64,000 nt of DNA, taken from an uncultured Gemmatimonadaceae bacterium (GTDB lineage: Bacteria; Gemmatimonadota; Gemmatimonadetes; Gemmatimonadales; Gemmatimonadaceae). This document shows, one piece after another, positions 47,838-58,569 of the stretch. The translations under genes were made by a program, and so were the position numbers. The DNA lies in the NCBI GenBank assembly GCA_963817955.1, contig CAWFQK010000005.1, forward strand, positions 1 through 64,000. The letters run 5' to 3'. Positions within the stretch are counted from its first letter, which is position 1; the number at the start of each line of letters is the position of its first letter. The notes below the pieces were generated by a model, which saw only the letters and a program-made list of their open reading frames with translations, did not search any database and had not been told where the DNA came from.

Positions 47838-49802
47838 ATGTCTGAGATCGACGCCCTTCTCCAAGAGCACCGCAGGTTCGCCCCGCCCGACGCCTTCCGC
47901 CGTGGCGCCCACGTTTCCGACCACGCGCTCTACGAGAGCGCCGCACGGGATCCCGAGGCGTTCTGGGAAGCGCAGGCCAGAGAGCTGGAGTGGTTCAAGA
48001 AATGGGACCGCGTGCTGGACTGGAAACCGCCGCATGCCCAGTGGTTCCTGAACGGAAAGCTCAACGTTTCCGTGAACTGTATCGACCGTCACATCAAGAC
48101 GGCGCGACGCAACAAGGCGGCGCTGATCTGGGAAGGCGAACCGGGCGACCGCCGAACGTTGACGTACTGGGACTTGTACGTCGACGTGCAGAAGTTCGCT
48201 AATGTCCTCAAGAAACTCGGCGTGGTGCGTGGCGACCGCGTGGCCATCTACATGCCGCTCGTGCCCGAGGTGGCGATCGCCATGCTCGCCTGCACGCGGA
48301 TTGGCGCAATCCACTCTGTGGTGTTCGGCGGATTCTCCCCTGAGTCGCTGAGCGATCGCATCAACGATGCGCAAGCGAAGGTATTGATCACGGCCGATGG
48401 CGGCTATCGGCGCGGCGCCATTGTTCCGCTCAAGCGGAACGCGGACAAGGCGCTCGAGGACTGTCCGACCATTGAGCACGTGGTCGTGGTGCAGCGGCGT
48501 CCGGGTGCCGGGGGCGATGAAGCATTCGCCGATATGGTCGAAGGTCGCGACCACTGGTGGCATCGCCTGATGCGCGAGTCGTCCGCTGTGTGCGAGCCCG
48601 AGCAGATGGACGCAGAAGACGTGTTGTACATCCTGTACACGTCGGGCACCACGGGGCAACCGAAAGGCATCGTGCACACCACGGGCGGCTATCTCGTGGG
48701 CGTGACTGCGACGAGCAAGCTCGTGTTCGACCTGCAGGAGGATGACGTGTTCTGGTGCACCGCCGACGTCGGCTGGGTCACGGGGCATTCATATGTCGTC
48801 TACGGACCGCTCGCCAATGGCGCAACGTGCCTGATGTACGAAGGCGCTCCCGATTGGCCGGAGAAAGATCGCTTCTGGGAGCTCTGCGAGCGCCACGGCG
48901 TGACGATTCTCTATACCGCCCCCACAGCCATTCGCGCGTTCATGAAATGGGGGGATCAGCACCCAGCCAAGCACGACCTCTCGCGTTTGCGACTGCTCGG
49001 TTCCGTCGGTGAACCGATCAATCCCGAAGCATGGATGTGGTATCAACAGCAGATCGGCGGCGGCCGCTGTCCCATTGTCGACACATGGTGGCAAACGGAA
49101 ACCGGCGCGATCGTCATCTCGCCGCTGCCCGGCGTGACTGAAACGAAACCGGGCAGCGCGACGATGCCGCTGCCCGGCTATAGCGCAGCGCTCCTCGATA
49201 CCGCCGGCAATGAGATCGAGGTCGGCGGCGGACTGCTCGCGCTCACGCGTCCGTGGCCGGCGATGCTGCGCACCATCTGGGGTGACGACGAGCGATACGT
49301 GCAGACATACTTCACCAAGTGGGCGAACCGGCCGGATCTCTACTTCCCGGGCGACGGCGCGAAGCGCGATGACGATGGATACTATTGGATTCTCGGCCGC
49401 GTCGACGACGTGCTCAACGTCGCCGGCCACCGCATTGGCACGATGGAGGTGGAGTCTGCACTGGTGGAGCATCCAGCCGTTGCCGAGGCGGCGGTCGTCG
49501 GCAAGGCTCACGAGCTCAAGGGTCAGGCTATCGCCGCGTTCGTCACGCTCCGCGAGGGATTCAAGCACAACCACGAGTTGCGTGAGGAGTTGCGAGAATT
49601 CGTCGCCGAAAAGATCGGCGCGATCGCGCGCCCCGACGACATACTCTTCTCCGCCGATCTTCCCAAGACGCGTTCAGGAAAGATCATGCGTCGGCTGCTG
49701 CGTGACATCGCCGAAGGCCGCGCACTCGGTGATACCACCACGCTCGCCGATCCACACGTCGTGGCCGCGCTGAAGGACCAGTACGAGGCACAGGAGAGTT
49801 GA
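47838..49802 (+). CDS. acs: acetyl-CoA synthetase
   Basis: [31 protein letters not shown]. Confidence 0.97.
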   Translation: MSEIDALLQEHRRFAPPDAFRRGAHVSDHALYESAARDPEAFWEAQARELEWFKKWDRVLDWKPPHAQWFLNGKLNVSVNCIDRHIKTARRNKAALIWEGEPGDRRTLTYWDLYVDVQKFANVLKKLGVVRGDRVAIYMPLVPEVAIAMLACTRIGAIHSVVFGGFSPESLSDRINDAQAKVLITADGGYRRGAIVPLKRNADKALEDCPTIEHVVVVQRRPGAGGDEAFADMVEGRDHWWHRLMRESSAVCEPEQMDAEDVLYILYTSGTTGQPKGIVHTTGGYLVGVTATSKLVFDLQEDDVFWCTADVGWVTGHSYVVYGPLANGATCLMYEGAPDWPEKDRFWELCERHGVTILYTAPTAIRAFMKWGDQHPAKHDLSRLRLLGSVGEPINPEAWMWYQQQIGGGRCPIVDTWWQTETGAIVISPLPGVTETKPGSATMPLPGYSAALLDTAGNEIEVGGGLLALTRPWPAMLRTIWGDDERYVQTYFTKWANRPDLYFPGDGAKRDDDGYYWILGRVDDVLNVAGHRIGTMEVESALVEHPAVAEAAVVGKAHELKGQAIAAFVTLREGFKHNHELREELREFVAEKIGAIARPDDILFSADLPKTRSGKIMRRLLRDIAEGRALGDTTTLADPHVVAALKDQYEAQES

Positions 49803-49907
49803 GGGACAGGGGGTACGGGGATAGGCTGAGTCTGCCGGCTTATCCCCTATAGCCCGGTACGGAACGTGCCCCCTGTTCCAATCAACCCGTAGCCCTAGAT
49901 TGGATTC

Positions 49908-50297
49908 ATGTTGGCTTTTCTCCGCCGATTCTTTCCTGAACGCATTTTCCGTCGCAAGCTCGAGCCCGCCGCGGATCGCCGTTTGCGACTCGCACAGGCA
50001 CGCGCCGAAGAGGCAGTCATTCGCGCGCATGTCGACAATGCACTGATGTTCGTCGATACGCTGGCTGAAGACATGACGTTTGACCGTGCGATCGACAGCT
50101 ACGTTCGCGAGATGGCGATTCCCGAACCGCTGGCGAGCACGATCGCGACTCGTACACTCGTGGTTCTCGGGCAGGACTTGGTGCCCTACCGCAAGCGCGC
50201 GGTCGACGGCGGCGACGACGACAACCCAGACGAGCGTCCGAAGCTGCGATTGAATGACGCGCAGCGCGCAACGTCGAGAACGGTGAAGAGGGCGTGA
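49908..50297 (+). CDS. hypothetical protein
   Basis: 129-aa ORF followed by a terminator. Confidence 0.7.
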   Translation: MLAFLRRFFPERIFRRKLEPAADRRLRLAQARAEEAVIRAHVDNALMFVDTLAEDMTFDRAIDSYVREMAIPEPLASTIATRTLVVLGQDLVPYRKRAVDGGDDDNPDERPKLRLNDAQRATSRTVKRA

Positions 50298-50323
50298 AAA
50301 AAGCCGGCATTACGCCGGCTTTT
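50297..50323. terminator. bidirectional intrinsic terminator
   Basis: AAAAGCCGGC-ATTAC-GCCGGCTTTT between convergent genes. Confidence 0.85.
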
Positions 50324-50355
50324 CCATTGGCTATCCGAGCAGTGACTCCAAGCGA

Positions 50356-50799
50356 TCACTCTGGCACGCACTCCACCACGGCGCGCTGCTCTCGCCAATC
50401 AAGCTGTGCGAGCACGAAGAGGAGCAATACCATCATCGCCGATCCGATGCACCACTCACACCATGCGTGGATGACGTACGCCTCGAGGTAGTTGAGCCAC
50501 GCAGTAAAGAGGACGCCCCATCCCGTCAGCACCAGCATCGCCAGGGAGATCGCTCGCGAATCAGCAAAACGTTCCTGAAGCCCAGCGATCGACAGCGCGA
50601 GCATCCCCACGTAGAACCCCGTGCCCCACATCGCCACCGGTACGCCGAGGAACATGGCCCAGCGGCTGGTCTGCACCTGCTCGCACGAGCCGACATTGCA
50701 GGCAAGCGAGCCGACAAAGCCGTAGTGGTACAGCGTGAGGTAGACGCCAAGGAACAGCCCCGCGAGGCTGATCAGCGCCGACCACATGCGCGTGTTCAT
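50356..50799 (-). CDS. vitamin K epoxide reductase family protein
   Basis: CNVGSCEQVQTS and WCEWC motifs; coupled to the DsbA gene. Confidence 0.92.
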   Translation of the reverse strand: MNTRMWSALISLAGLFLGVYLTLYHYGFVGSLACNVGSCEQVQTSRWAMFLGVPVAMWGTGFYVGMLALSIAGLQERFADSRAISLAMLVLTGWGVLFTAWLNYLEAYVIHAWCEWCIGSAMMVLLLFVLAQLDWREQRAVVECVPE

Positions 50800-51608
50800 T
50801 CGCCCTTCTTCGCCGGCACGTGCGAGGCGCCCTGCTTGCCAGTGTCACTGCCCGCCGGCACGCTCTTGCCCGACGCGGCGATGGCATCATCGACCATCTG
50901 CTTGAACTGATCGTACGTGAGGAACTCCTCGATCTGTTTCGTGCCGAAGATGAACGTGGGCGTGCCACCCACCTGGCGCGCCATGGCAAGCTTCCAGTGC
51001 GCCTGCACCTTTGCCTGCGTCTTCTTGGTATCGACGCATTTATTGAACTGATCGGCGTTGATGCCTGGCACCTGATCGCCGACCTCCTTCAACACCTTGT
51101 CGGGATTGCTCGTTGCCTCGGTGTTCCAGCGGTCCTGGCTCCCGAAGATTGCGTCGTGGAGCTCCCAGAATTTTCCTTGCTCGTCACCACAGGCCGCGGC
51201 CCGCGACGCGTTCCACGTATTCCGGTGCATGTCGAGAGGAAAATCGATGAAGCGCATCCGGATCCGACCGGTGGCGACGAGGCGCGTACGCACGTCGGGC
51301 TCAGTCAGCGTCACGAACCGTCCGCACTGCGGACATTCAAAGTCGCCGAATTCGGTGACCTCTATGGGCGCCGAGGGGCTGCCCATCACGTATCCTGCTG
51401 ACGCGACCGTCGGGAGCGTCGAGTCGATGGGGCTCGCGTTGGCGACGCCGCTCGGGCGGGTCGACGCGTACGTGAGCGCGGCGACGCCAACAACGGCGAT
51501 CACCGCGATGATGAGATAGAACGCGCGATTTGACGTCGATGCCTTCTTCGACGCCTTCACGACTCCTGACTGTCGTCCTCGTCCGGTATCCACTCGCTTA
51601 TTTGCCAT
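50796..51608 (-). CDS. DsbA family thiol-disulfide oxidoreductase
   Basis: EFGDFECPQCG, GTPTF; alternative GTG start at 51560. Confidence 0.9.
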   Translation of the reverse strand: MANKRVDTGRGRQSGVVKASKKASTSNRAFYLIIAVIAVVGVAALTYASTRPSGVANASPIDSTLPTVASAGYVMGSPSAPIEVTEFGDFECPQCGRFVTLTEPDVRTRLVATGRIRMRFIDFPLDMHRNTWNASRAAACGDEQGKFWELHDAIFGSQDRWNTEATSNPDKVLKEVGDQVPGINADQFNKCVDTKKTQAKVQAHWKLAMARQVGGTPTFIFGTKQIEEFLTYDQFKQMVDDAIAASGKSVPAGSDTGKQGASHVPAKKGE

Positions 51609-51862
51609 TGGCCTTCGTTGTCTTGTTGGGCCTCGCGCACGATGCGCCGATTGTCGGCGACTTCCGGCGTATCATACGTGATGCGGACTTCATAGTGAAA
51701 GAGCTCGCTGCGCACGTCGCCGATCAGGCGCATCAGCTCGCCGGCCTGCTCCAGGAGTCTGCCCTGTCCGTCCAGCTCGCGAATGCGATCGGCCAAGGCT
51801 CGTAGGAGCGCCTCGAGTTGGCGCGCCCGTCCCTCGTCGTACGTCTGCTCCTGCTCCGACAT
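51557..51862 (-). CDS. hypothetical protein
   Basis: 101-aa helical-type ORF with GGAGG RBS, upstream of the DsbA gene. Confidence 0.7.
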   Translation of the reverse strand: MSEQEQTYDEGRARQLEALLRALADRIRELDGQGRLLEQAGELMRLIGDVRSELFHYEVRITYDTPEVADNRRIVREAQQDNEGQWQISEWIPDEDDSQES

Positions 51863-52042
51863 GTCGCCAGCCTCCGACCGCCGCGAATTCGGCCGTCTCA
51901 ACCATGGAGAAAGATGCTATCATGGTACCTAGGTTGCGCAAGGAAGTTGCCGAGTGCGACGGGAGAGGGGAACGACCGGTCATGAGCCGAACCTTCGACG
52001 CTATCGCGATCGCCAACCTTCCATCTCCAATTTCTCATCTCC

Positions 52043-52894
52043 ATGGACGCAGACCTCCTTCGCATTCCCGTCGGTCCTGGTTCCATGCACGTGGAGCGCT
52101 ACGGACATGGCGGCGCGCCGATATTGCTGGTACACGGGTTTGGCACCTGCAGTTTCCTCTGGCGCGAGGTCGGCCCGATACTCGCAATGGCGAACCGAAC
52201 GGCGTTCGCGGTCGACCTTTTCGGCTACGGTGAGTCCGATCGCCCGTTCGACGCACAGTATGGCATCGCTGCGCAGTCAGACTATCTCGACCGCGCCCTG
52301 ACGGCGCTCCGGCTCACCAAGGCCACGGTGGTCGGCATTGATCTCGGTGGTGCGATCGCGATGCACCTGGCATTCAACCGGCCGGATCGGGTGGAGCGTC
52401 TGGTGCTCATCAATCCGATCGCGTTCGATGACATCCCGGCCGACGACATCAAGAGAATGCAGCGCAACACCGGACGGTATGCATTCAAAATCTCGCGTGG
52501 CGTCTTGGGCGCGGCGCCGCTCATGCGCGAACTGCTGGAACGCAGCGTCGCCGACGAGTCGAAGATGCCGGACGCCCTGCTGGCGCGGTACCTGGCGCCC
52601 TTCGTCGGCGAGGACGGGCTGAACCATCTCCTGGCACTGGCTCGTGCCGTGGACGACGAGGACATGGCCGAGGTGGATCTTGGCCAGATCGACTGCCCGA
52701 CGCTGGTCGTGTGGGGCGATCAGGACCCGTTTATCGGCCCCAAATTGGGCGACGAGGTGGCGGACACAATTCCCGGAGCCCGCCTGGTGAGGCTGCCCGG
52801 AACGGGGCGACTGGTCCCGGAGGAGGCTGCGCCGACATTGGCCAGCATGATCCTCGAATTCGTAGGCACGGCGGTCATGGCACGCACGGACTGA
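52043..52894 (+). CDS. alpha/beta fold hydrolase
   Basis: HGFG, DLFGYGES, GIDLGG, WGDQD. Confidence 0.9.
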   Translation: MDADLLRIPVGPGSMHVERYGHGGAPILLVHGFGTCSFLWREVGPILAMANRTAFAVDLFGYGESDRPFDAQYGIAAQSDYLDRALTALRLTKATVVGIDLGGAIAMHLAFNRPDRVERLVLINPIAFDDIPADDIKRMQRNTGRYAFKISRGVLGAAPLMRELLERSVADESKMPDALLARYLAPFVGEDGLNHLLALARAVDDEDMAEVDLGQIDCPTLVVWGDQDPFIGPKLGDEVADTIPGARLVRLPGTGRLVPEEAAPTLASMILEFVGTAVMARTD

Positions 52895-52980
52895 GCGGAA
52901 CGCATCATGCTCTGAATTCGGCAGCGAATCTGTGCCTAAGTGCGTTAGATTGTTATCTCTCTCTCCCATAACCCCTAAGC

Positions 52981-53247
52981 ATGGCCAAAACGAAGAACCG
53001 TACCATAAAGGCCCCCGCGACGCCCTCGCCGTATGAGGAGGCTCGCGATGAGCTGTTCCAGCATATTATGCGGTGTGGCGTCGTCGAATCCGTTCCTGAG
53101 CATCGAGACGAGTGGTTCAACGAAACCATGGGCTACATGACGGACCGTTATCCTGAGCTTTCCGCTGAGCAGATCAAAGAGCTGCGGAAACTGGGTGAGC
53201 GTTTCGCTCAGCCGCCGAAGAAGCGCGACGACACGGCTGCTGCGTAG
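52981..53247 (+). CDS. hypothetical protein
   Basis: 88-aa ORF followed by a terminator. Confidence 0.75.
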   Translation: MAKTKNRTIKAPATPSPYEEARDELFQHIMRCGVVESVPEHRDEWFNETMGYMTDRYPELSAEQIKELRKLGERFAQPPKKRDDTAAA

Positions 53248-53262
53248 CACCGCTGGACATCC

Positions 53263-53287
53263 AACGCCCCCGGAATGGGGGCGTTTT
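53263..53287 (+). terminator. intrinsic terminator
   Basis: AACGCCCCC-GGAAT-GGGGGCGTT followed by TT. Confidence 0.8.
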
Positions 53288-53612
53288 CGTTGTTCCCGGC
53301 GTTGGCCTTGGCGTTGACACCGAGCAATACATGGGGCCGCCGCGCACGCCATACTTCGATGTTTCTAAACCAATCGTTGCGCGGCAAGCCCGATCGGACT
53401 ACTCTTAGAGGAGCGACACACGCGCTGTTCGCGTGGACAAGTTCCGATCGACCAGGGGCCTGCCGAAATGCGAGCAGGCTCTTTTTGCGTTGTGTCGCGC
53501 TCGTGGTCTGCGAGCTGCCTGGCGTGGGGGGTCTCACTCACGCGCACGTTGTGTCTCGGCTCGTACGGCTATACCGGACTCCGACCACAGCAAATTGTAC
53601 AAGGAGTTCGAT

Positions 53613-53825
53613 ATGCGTACGACTGGTTCCGTTAAGTGGTTCAACGACGATAAGGGCTTTGGCTTCATCACGCCGGAAGGCGGCGCCAAGGATTGCTTCG
53701 TCCATCATTCCGCCATTCAGGGCAGCGGCTTCAAGACGCTGGCCGAGGGCGAGCGCGTCGAGTTCGACATCGTGCAGGGCCAGAAGGGCCCGGCCGCCGA
53801 GAACGTGACGAAGCTCAACGCGTAA
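53613..53825 (+). CDS. cspA: cold-shock protein
   Basis: [29 protein letters not shown]. Confidence 0.96.
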   Translation: MRTTGSVKWFNDDKGFGFITPEGGAKDCFVHHSAIQGSGFKTLAEGERVEFDIVQGQKGPAAENVTKLNA

Positions 53826-53924
53826 TCGACCGACTGGCTCCGTTCGCGGAGCTGGTCAGCGCCGCGCGTTCGAGTGATCATTGCTTGAATGCGCGGCGTC
53901 GTCTTGATCTTCAACTGAGGCAAA

Positions 53925-54122
53925 ATGCCAGAGATTCATCTGAACGAAGCCGATCGCATGGACTGGGCGCTCAAGACGTTCAAGCGCCAGATGCAGAAGT
54001 CGGGAATTCTTCGCGAGCTGCGCAAGCGTCGGCATTATGTGAAGCCGAGTGAAGCGCGACAGATCAAGGCGAAAGCCGCACAGCGTATGCGCGCCAAGGC
54101 AGCCCGTCAGCGTCCTCGCTAA
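53925..54122 (+). CDS. rpsU: 30S ribosomal protein S21
   Basis: ALKTFKR...GILRELRKRRHYVKPS. Confidence 0.93.
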   Translation: MPEIHLNEADRMDWALKTFKRQMQKSGILRELRKRRHYVKPSEARQIKAKAAQRMRAKAARQRPR

Positions 54123-54227
54123 CGGGCTAGTCGCCTTACTTCACGCTTGAACTGGTAGACGCGCGAGGCAGCGCGTCGATTTCGCTATTGTGTGAACAGC
54201 GTAGACGTCAGTACGCCGAGCACGACC

Positions 54228-54788
54228 TCAGCCAGCGTCGGAGAGCTCGCGACGCGCGATATCCAAGCGCTCGGCGCAGTGCTTCGCGAGCTCGGGCGAG
54301 GTCAGACCACCAAGATCTACGCTCTTCGGCCGCCAGACCCAACTCGCCTCGTTTGAGGCGACGGCAATGAATACGTCTTCCCAAGCGGGAGACGCTGTCT
54401 GTTGGCCATTCTGCATCGGACGTTCTGGCGAGTGCGCGCGACGCGTACCGACGGTGCCGCGCCAGACGATGATCAGCAACTCACCTTCGGCGACTGAATC
54501 CGGCGTGCTCCGAAGCCACGCGAGCGTCAGCGCGACAGGTCCAAGTTGCAGGATGAATCGGCCGGGTGACAGGCGTACCTCAGGCTTCTCTCCATCGGCC
54601 ACTGGAGCCGTCTTGGAAACGTACGCGACGATCTCGTCGCCGAGTCGTGTCAGCTCTCGCGTACACGCGGCGAGCGCGCGATGCGAAGCGAGAAATGAAA
54701 GCGGATCCGACCTGTCACGCTCCGCAAAGTGGTGCGTGGGCGAGATTGCAGTCATCGAGCCTCCGTTCGGACGATAGAGTGCCGCCAA
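54228..54788 (-). CDS. hypothetical protein
   Basis: 186-aa ORF; start uncertain. Confidence 0.6.
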   Translation of the reverse strand: MAALYRPNGGSMTAISPTHHFAERDRSDPLSFLASHRALAACTRELTRLGDEIVAYVSKTAPVADGEKPEVRLSPGRFILQLGPVALTLAWLRSTPDSVAEGELLIIVWRGTVGTRRAHSPERPMQNGQQTASPAWEDVFIAVASNEASWVWRPKSVDLGGLTSPELAKHCAERLDIARRELSDAG

Positions 54789-54997
54789 TTCCGTGCTGAC
54801 GGTCGATCGGGCGGCAGCAGAACCAAAAAAGAATCGCTGTCGGTAGGCCCCTCGTGCCGGACCTTATCCACGCGGCGTTCTGCGCGCGTGTCGCTCTATG
54901 AATCTAGTCAGTTGCACACCGATTGGCAATCGGGTTTCAAACCCTCTAAACCATTCAATGCCGTGCGTTTACACGGCTCCGGCGCGCCACATGCACG

Positions 54998-55483
54998 TCA
55001 GCGCCACGTGCGCGACGACGTTCGCAACACAATACCCACTCGAGTGCCGCCACCGAGACCGACTTGAATTGCCGGGGTGATCGCGCCGCGCATTCGTCCC
55101 TCGATGTCTACGACAGCCGTGAGGTACGGTCGCACATTCCGGTCGCCGCTCGTGTACGGAACGCTCACACCACCGCCGAGAGAGAGTCCCACGGGCACCT
55201 CCCGAAAGGGATCGAGGAGAAAGCGAGCGATCGCGTCTACGCGCCCGCTCGCATGCGCAGCTGTGCCGCGCCACGTGGCGCCTGCCGCACCATCCACACC
55301 CATGCGCACGTACATACCAAACGGAATCACGATGCCGGCACCAGCTTCAGCGGCTGTACCGTTGCCGATGATGGCGTCGGCGCGATACTCGGCGTAGCGC
55401 GGCGGTGGCGCGTTCTGAGCGCGGACCGCGCGTGCGCCAACGAATGTTGCGGCCGCGAGCAGCGCACCGTGGAGCACCCTCAC
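54998..55483 (-). CDS. hypothetical exported protein
   Basis: Signal-like LLAAATFVGARAVRAQ then alternating beta-strand pattern; start approximate. Confidence 0.55.
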   Translation of the reverse strand: MRVLHGALLAAATFVGARAVRAQNAPPPRYAEYRADAIIGNGTAAEAGAGIVIPFGMYVRMGVDGAAGATWRGTAAHASGRVDAIARFLLDPFREVPVGLSLGGGVSVPYTSGDRNVRPYLTAVVDIEGRMRGAITPAIQVGLGGGTRVGIVLRTSSRTWR

Positions 55484-56007
55484 GAGACGCGCGCGCGCCA
55501 CAGCGCGTAAGCGTAGTCCACGATCGAATACGCGGACACGATGCCGACCGCCCACAGAAATGGAGTGACCCAATCGGGAAAACGAAGCAGCATGATGAAT
55601 GTTGCGAGCTGCAATACCGTGACGAGCTTCCCCGAGTTTCGCGCCTTGAACTCCACCGGCCGGAGCCACGGCACCGCGCGCGCGACGAGGAAGCCGACGG
55701 CCGTCATGAGATCGCGCGAGATCATGACAAAGTAGCCGACCGTGGAGAGCGCACCATCAAACAAGAAGGTGGACACGGCGACGAGCACGAACACCCGGTC
55801 GGCGATTGGATCGATCAGCGCGCCCCACCGCGATGTCCACTTGCCGCGACGCGCCACCCAGCCGTCGAGAAAGTCCGTCATCGCGGCGACGCCAACGAGC
55901 CCCAACCGCGCGTCGACGCCGTCAGCCCACACAAAGGCTACGGCGAGCACAACGCGCGAGGAGGAGATGATGTTTGGGAGATCGCGGAATTTCGCGCGCG
56001 GCGCCAT
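55480..56007 (-). CDS. CDP-alcohol phosphatidyltransferase
   Basis: PNIISSSR, DFLDGWVAR...GALIDPIAD. Confidence 0.93.
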   Translation of the reverse strand: MAPRAKFRDLPNIISSSRVVLAVAFVWADGVDARLGLVGVAAMTDFLDGWVARRGKWTSRWGALIDPIADRVFVLVAVSTFLFDGALSTVGYFVMISRDLMTAVGFLVARAVPWLRPVEFKARNSGKLVTVLQLATFIMLLRFPDWVTPFLWAVGIVSAYSIVDYAYALWRARVS

Positions 56008-56096
56008 GGGTCAATTCTAATGGGCGCCGTGCCCCGCTTGCCAGCGAGTTTCGGCCCTCGTAGCTTCGCCAGTCTCCGCTCTCGTTGAGGCAGCGT

Positions 56097-56561
56097 ATGG
56101 CCGACGTCACCGATCTCCTAAAAAGAGTGGCAATCTTCAAGGATCTGGATGATGACGAGCTCGCCCAGGTGGCCGAAGTCTGCACGGAGGAGAAGTTTGT
56201 CTCCGGTGAATACATCTTTCGCGAGGGCGAACACGGCAACCGGCTCTATCTGATCGTTGAAGGTCAGGTCCGCATCAGCCGCGATGTGCCAGGCAGCGGC
56301 GAGGAAGCGCTCGCCGTGCTCAAGCCCGGTTCCCTGTTCGGGGAAATGGCGGTGTTCGATCGGACCGAGCGCTCGACCGACGCGATTTCCAATGGGGGCA
56401 CGACGGTGCTGACGATCAGCCGCGCCGATTTCGAGATGCTGCTCGACTTCAATCGCGAGTTGGCGTACAAGGTGCTATGGGCATGCATACGTCTGTTGTC
56501 CATGCGACTTCGCTCGACAAACGATTCGCTGCGGTCGATCCTGGCGATGTCGATGTTCTAG
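56097..56561 (+). CDS. stand-alone cyclic nucleotide-binding domain protein
   Basis: IFREGE, LYLIVEG, FGEMAV...RST; no HTH. Confidence 0.9.
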   Translation: MADVTDLLKRVAIFKDLDDDELAQVAEVCTEEKFVSGEYIFREGEHGNRLYLIVEGQVRISRDVPGSGEEALAVLKPGSLFGEMAVFDRTERSTDAISNGGTTVLTISRADFEMLLDFNRELAYKVLWACIRLLSMRLRSTNDSLRSILAMSMF

Positions 56562-56694
56562 AACCGTTGCTCGTTGCTCGTTGCTCGTCCTCGTTACCGG
56601 ATTCTTGTTCAGCGCCTATGCTTCTGCGCTCCCGATTCATTCTCACGGCTACACTCGTCGTCGCGTGCAGCCCGTCCGCGCGAATGTCGCACGC

Positions 56695-57042
56695 GTGACG
56701 GTGGACGCGTCACACACCCATCTCACCGCTGAATTCCTCGGTGTGCCCGCCGAGCAGTTGCGCGACGCGACCTTGCTCGGCGGACTATTGATCGCCGCCG
56801 CGAGCGCGGCGGGGTTCAGTCTGCACGGGGTGCCGTCGATGCGCGTAGAGCCCGGAGATGCCGTTTCCTGTATGGTGCTGCTCGACAGCGGCCATATGGC
56901 TCTGCATTCCATTCCGGAACGTCAGGCTCTGCTGTACGACGTCGTTGCGCCGGCTTCGCACGACTTTCGCAAAGCCTTGGATGTGTTCGCCCGCCGACTC
57001 TCGGCGCGCGACATCAAGAGCGACACCCGCGGCCGCGGATGA
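56695..57042 (+). CDS. S-adenosylmethionine decarboxylase-fold protein with degenerate active site
   Basis: VSCMVLLDSGHMALHSIPE...YDV aligns by eye to SpeD class 1b; ATGA-coupled to the next gene. Confidence 0.7.
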   Translation: MTVDASHTHLTAEFLGVPAEQLRDATLLGGLLIAAASAAGFSLHGVPSMRVEPGDAVSCMVLLDSGHMALHSIPERQALLYDVVAPASHDFRKALDVFARRLSARDIKSDTRGRG

Positions 57043-58559
57043 GATCCTTGCTCGCGCCAGCGCACCTCGCGCTGACGGTCATCATTCTGATCTGGGACAT
57101 CGTGTTGGCGGGGCGCATTGCGCAGAACCGCCAGGCGCCGCGCGTCTTTCAGGCCATATGCGGCCTGGCGGCGCTGCTCGTGCTTCCCGGGCTCGTGTTC
57201 AACCTCGCGACATCGACCATGATCACGGGCCGCGCCGTGATCGCAATGGATTGGCTGTGGCCGGCCGTGCTGGTATTGATCGCCATACAGGCGTTATATG
57301 CGCTGGCCCGCAGGCTGGTGAACATCGTGTGGGGAATTCCGATCGCGGTGTACGACATTCTCATCGCCACCATCGGCGTGGTGCGCTACATGGTAGCACA
57401 CGGCCATACACCGGCCAAACCGCTGGTGGTGCTGCTGGCGGCGCAGAGCCTGGGGATGGTGTTTTCCACGGGTACTTCAAGCGTTCTGGCGACTCCGTTG
57501 TACGTCAACATGCCCATGGTGTCGCCCGCTTTCCCCGTGCTGCGCAAGCTGACGGGATCGTTCCGATTGTTCATGACAGCGCTGGCCATCTTGTGGATGG
57601 TGATACTCGTGACAATCGGTGCGCCGAACGCCGTGACGCAACTCCGCAACTCCGCAGTGCACCGGCACGATCAACTTCGCGAGCGCCCCGACGCCGACTT
57701 CGCAGTTGGACTCAAGATTCTGCCGGATCTCGCAGGTCCGCCGCCGGCCCTGGCACTGAAGAATGACTCCGCACTCGTCGACACGCTGGACGTAGATGCC
57801 ATAGAAATCGTTGTCGCACCCGGAGCGGGAAAGGCGACCATCGATTCGCTCGCGCATGTGTTTGGATCGCCGCGTCGCGACAGTACCACGTTGATCGTGG
57901 CGATTGGCTACCGGGGCGAGATCTTCCCGCAGTTGAGCCCGTTACCGCTCGACGAAGCACAGCGTCTCGCGACGCTGCGGCGGGTCATGACAACGCTTCA
58001 CCCCGACATCATTCTGCCAGCGGAAGACCCGTACGGCAGCGGAGAGCGTTCCCTCGGGTTGCTCCCTGTGCAGCAATGGAAGACCTATCTCACCGACGCA
58101 GCGCGCCTGGTAAAGAGCATCAACCGCAACACACGGGTCGGGGTCGCGGCGTCATCGTATCGCACGACGGACAGCGCCCTCTACGCGTGGGCGGCTTCAC
58201 CATCGTCGCCGATCGACATCGTCGGGTTTTCGCTTTTTCCATCGCCGTATACCGGCGGCGGAATCGAGTCAGACACGCGCACCGCCGACCGATGGATGCG
58301 CGCGACCCCATCGCGCAAGGAGCATTGGGTGTTCGCAACGGGTGGCTATCCCCTCGCCTTTGGGGAGACGAGTCAGGAGGAAGCCGTGTGGCAGGTCTTC
58401 GCCTGGGCGACCGATCATCCAGCAATCAAGGGCGTGGTGGTATACGAAGCGGGCGACTACGGTCAGTCGCGTGGCTTGCGGGCGCCGAACGGACGGTTGA
58501 GGCCCGTGACGCGCACGGTGATGCGAGCCATTCAGCAAATTCGGGAATCGGCGCGATGA
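57039..58559 (+). CDS. membrane protein with C-terminal glycoside-hydrolase-like domain
   Basis: About 7 N-terminal TM segments; DIVGFSLFP, KEHWVF.TGG, IKGVVVY barrel-like motifs. Confidence 0.65.
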   Translation: MRSLLAPAHLALTVIILIWDIVLAGRIAQNRQAPRVFQAICGLAALLVLPGLVFNLATSTMITGRAVIAMDWLWPAVLVLIAIQALYALARRLVNIVWGIPIAVYDILIATIGVVRYMVAHGHTPAKPLVVLLAAQSLGMVFSTGTSSVLATPLYVNMPMVSPAFPVLRKLTGSFRLFMTALAILWMVILVTIGAPNAVTQLRNSAVHRHDQLRERPDADFAVGLKILPDLAGPPPALALKNDSALVDTLDVDAIEIVVAPGAGKATIDSLAHVFGSPRRDSTTLIVAIGYRGEIFPQLSPLPLDEAQRLATLRRVMTTLHPDIILPAEDPYGSGERSLGLLPVQQWKTYLTDAARLVKSINRNTRVGVAASSYRTTDSALYAWAASPSSPIDIVGFSLFPSPYTGGGIESDTRTADRWMRATPSRKEHWVFATGGYPLAFGETSQEEAVWQVFAWATDHPAIKGVVVYEAGDYGQSRGLRAPNGRLRPVTRTVMRAIQQIRESAR

Positions 58560-58569
58560 GCCGTGCGCT

